From Botryllus schlosseri (Eukaryota), in assembly GCA_051294905.1 (NCBI GenBank), contig CM119371.1, positions 20,214,001 through 20,278,000 of the forward strand: 64,000 bases of DNA, in the 5' to 3' direction. Of this stretch, positions 63,301 to 64,000 are shown in pieces (the stretch's first letter is position 1; every line of letters begins with the position of its first letter). The translations under genes and the position numbers were made by a program. Below the pieces are notes generated by a model. The model saw only the letters and a list, made by a program, of their open reading frames with translations. It made no database searches and had not been told where the DNA came from.

Positions 63301-64000
63301 CTGCTTCGCGTCAAAACACATCCAGAAATCGACTCCGGACGCAAAACCGCCCATAGGAAAGACATCCAGCACCATAACAAAACATTCGACAACCCTATTG
63401 ATCGGAAATAATATCAACAATTCACTCGCTTTGTGCTCATATCGAACCATTACTCTCGCGTTTTGCTACAATAAATAGGCCGTCAAATGTTTCCGTCTGC
63501 GCGTCGCTATGCTAAAAAAGAACTGTTTTCCTCTTTCGTTATCCGCTGTCATAATTAATACCAAACATACACAGATGTGTCGATATTCACATGTGACGGA
63601 ATGGAAACATTCGTTTCAATCATTTTAAAGTGCCAGCTCATGATTGCTAAGTGGCGCTCGCATGAAAAAGGTGAAGAGCAAATGACCGATATTTTATCCT
63701 ACGATGATGATAAGACCAGATGTCAAAAGTAATACTATGGTGTCAGGCCAAACACAAATGTTCCTATGCACGGTTTTTGTCATAGATCCTTTAATACAGG
63801 GTATGGTATGGCAGGGAATGTGAAATTTCCGTACATATCAGCTTGAATCGATCCATGCTATACTAATCATTTCACATACCATATTTGATACTTTTTCTAT
63901 GCTTTCGCAGTTGCCAACCTCTCAGATGATTTTTTACTTTAGACGTTGTTGTAATAATTTGGATGGAATTATTCATTTAAACCAGGCGTGGCCAACCTTT

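Overview
AT-rich eukaryotic (metazoan, probably marine invertebrate; inference) DNA made up almost entirely of transposable elements and their debris. No intact host gene is evident. (1) An intronless Kelch-repeat coding region (4849-8174) is split by a 2.5-kb hAT derivative whose precise removal restores a 260-codon frame. (2) A four-level nest of hAT-type MITEs with readable 8-bp TSDs spans 9221-16263. (3) A ~26-kb inverted duplication has arms at ~17447-27945 and ~34285-43215 that differ by presence/absence of individual TEs. It carries two copies of a Harbinger transposase pseudogene and encloses a 6.3-kb spacer that looks like one end of a heavily decayed Polinton/Maverick (AGTAGT terminus, PolB-like relics). 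(4) An unclassified 3.5-kb DNA transposon (46987-50454; ~230-bp TIRs, 5-bp TSD) carries a near-intact two-exon C2H2 zinc-finger gene and is itself inserted in a fold-back element. (5) There are two non-LTR retrotransposon 3' fragments (I-group with RNase H; RLE-type), tRNA-derived SINEs and many further MITEs. Most short ORFs in the supplied track are non-coding by-products of repeats. All homology calls come from motif recognition by eye, not database searches.
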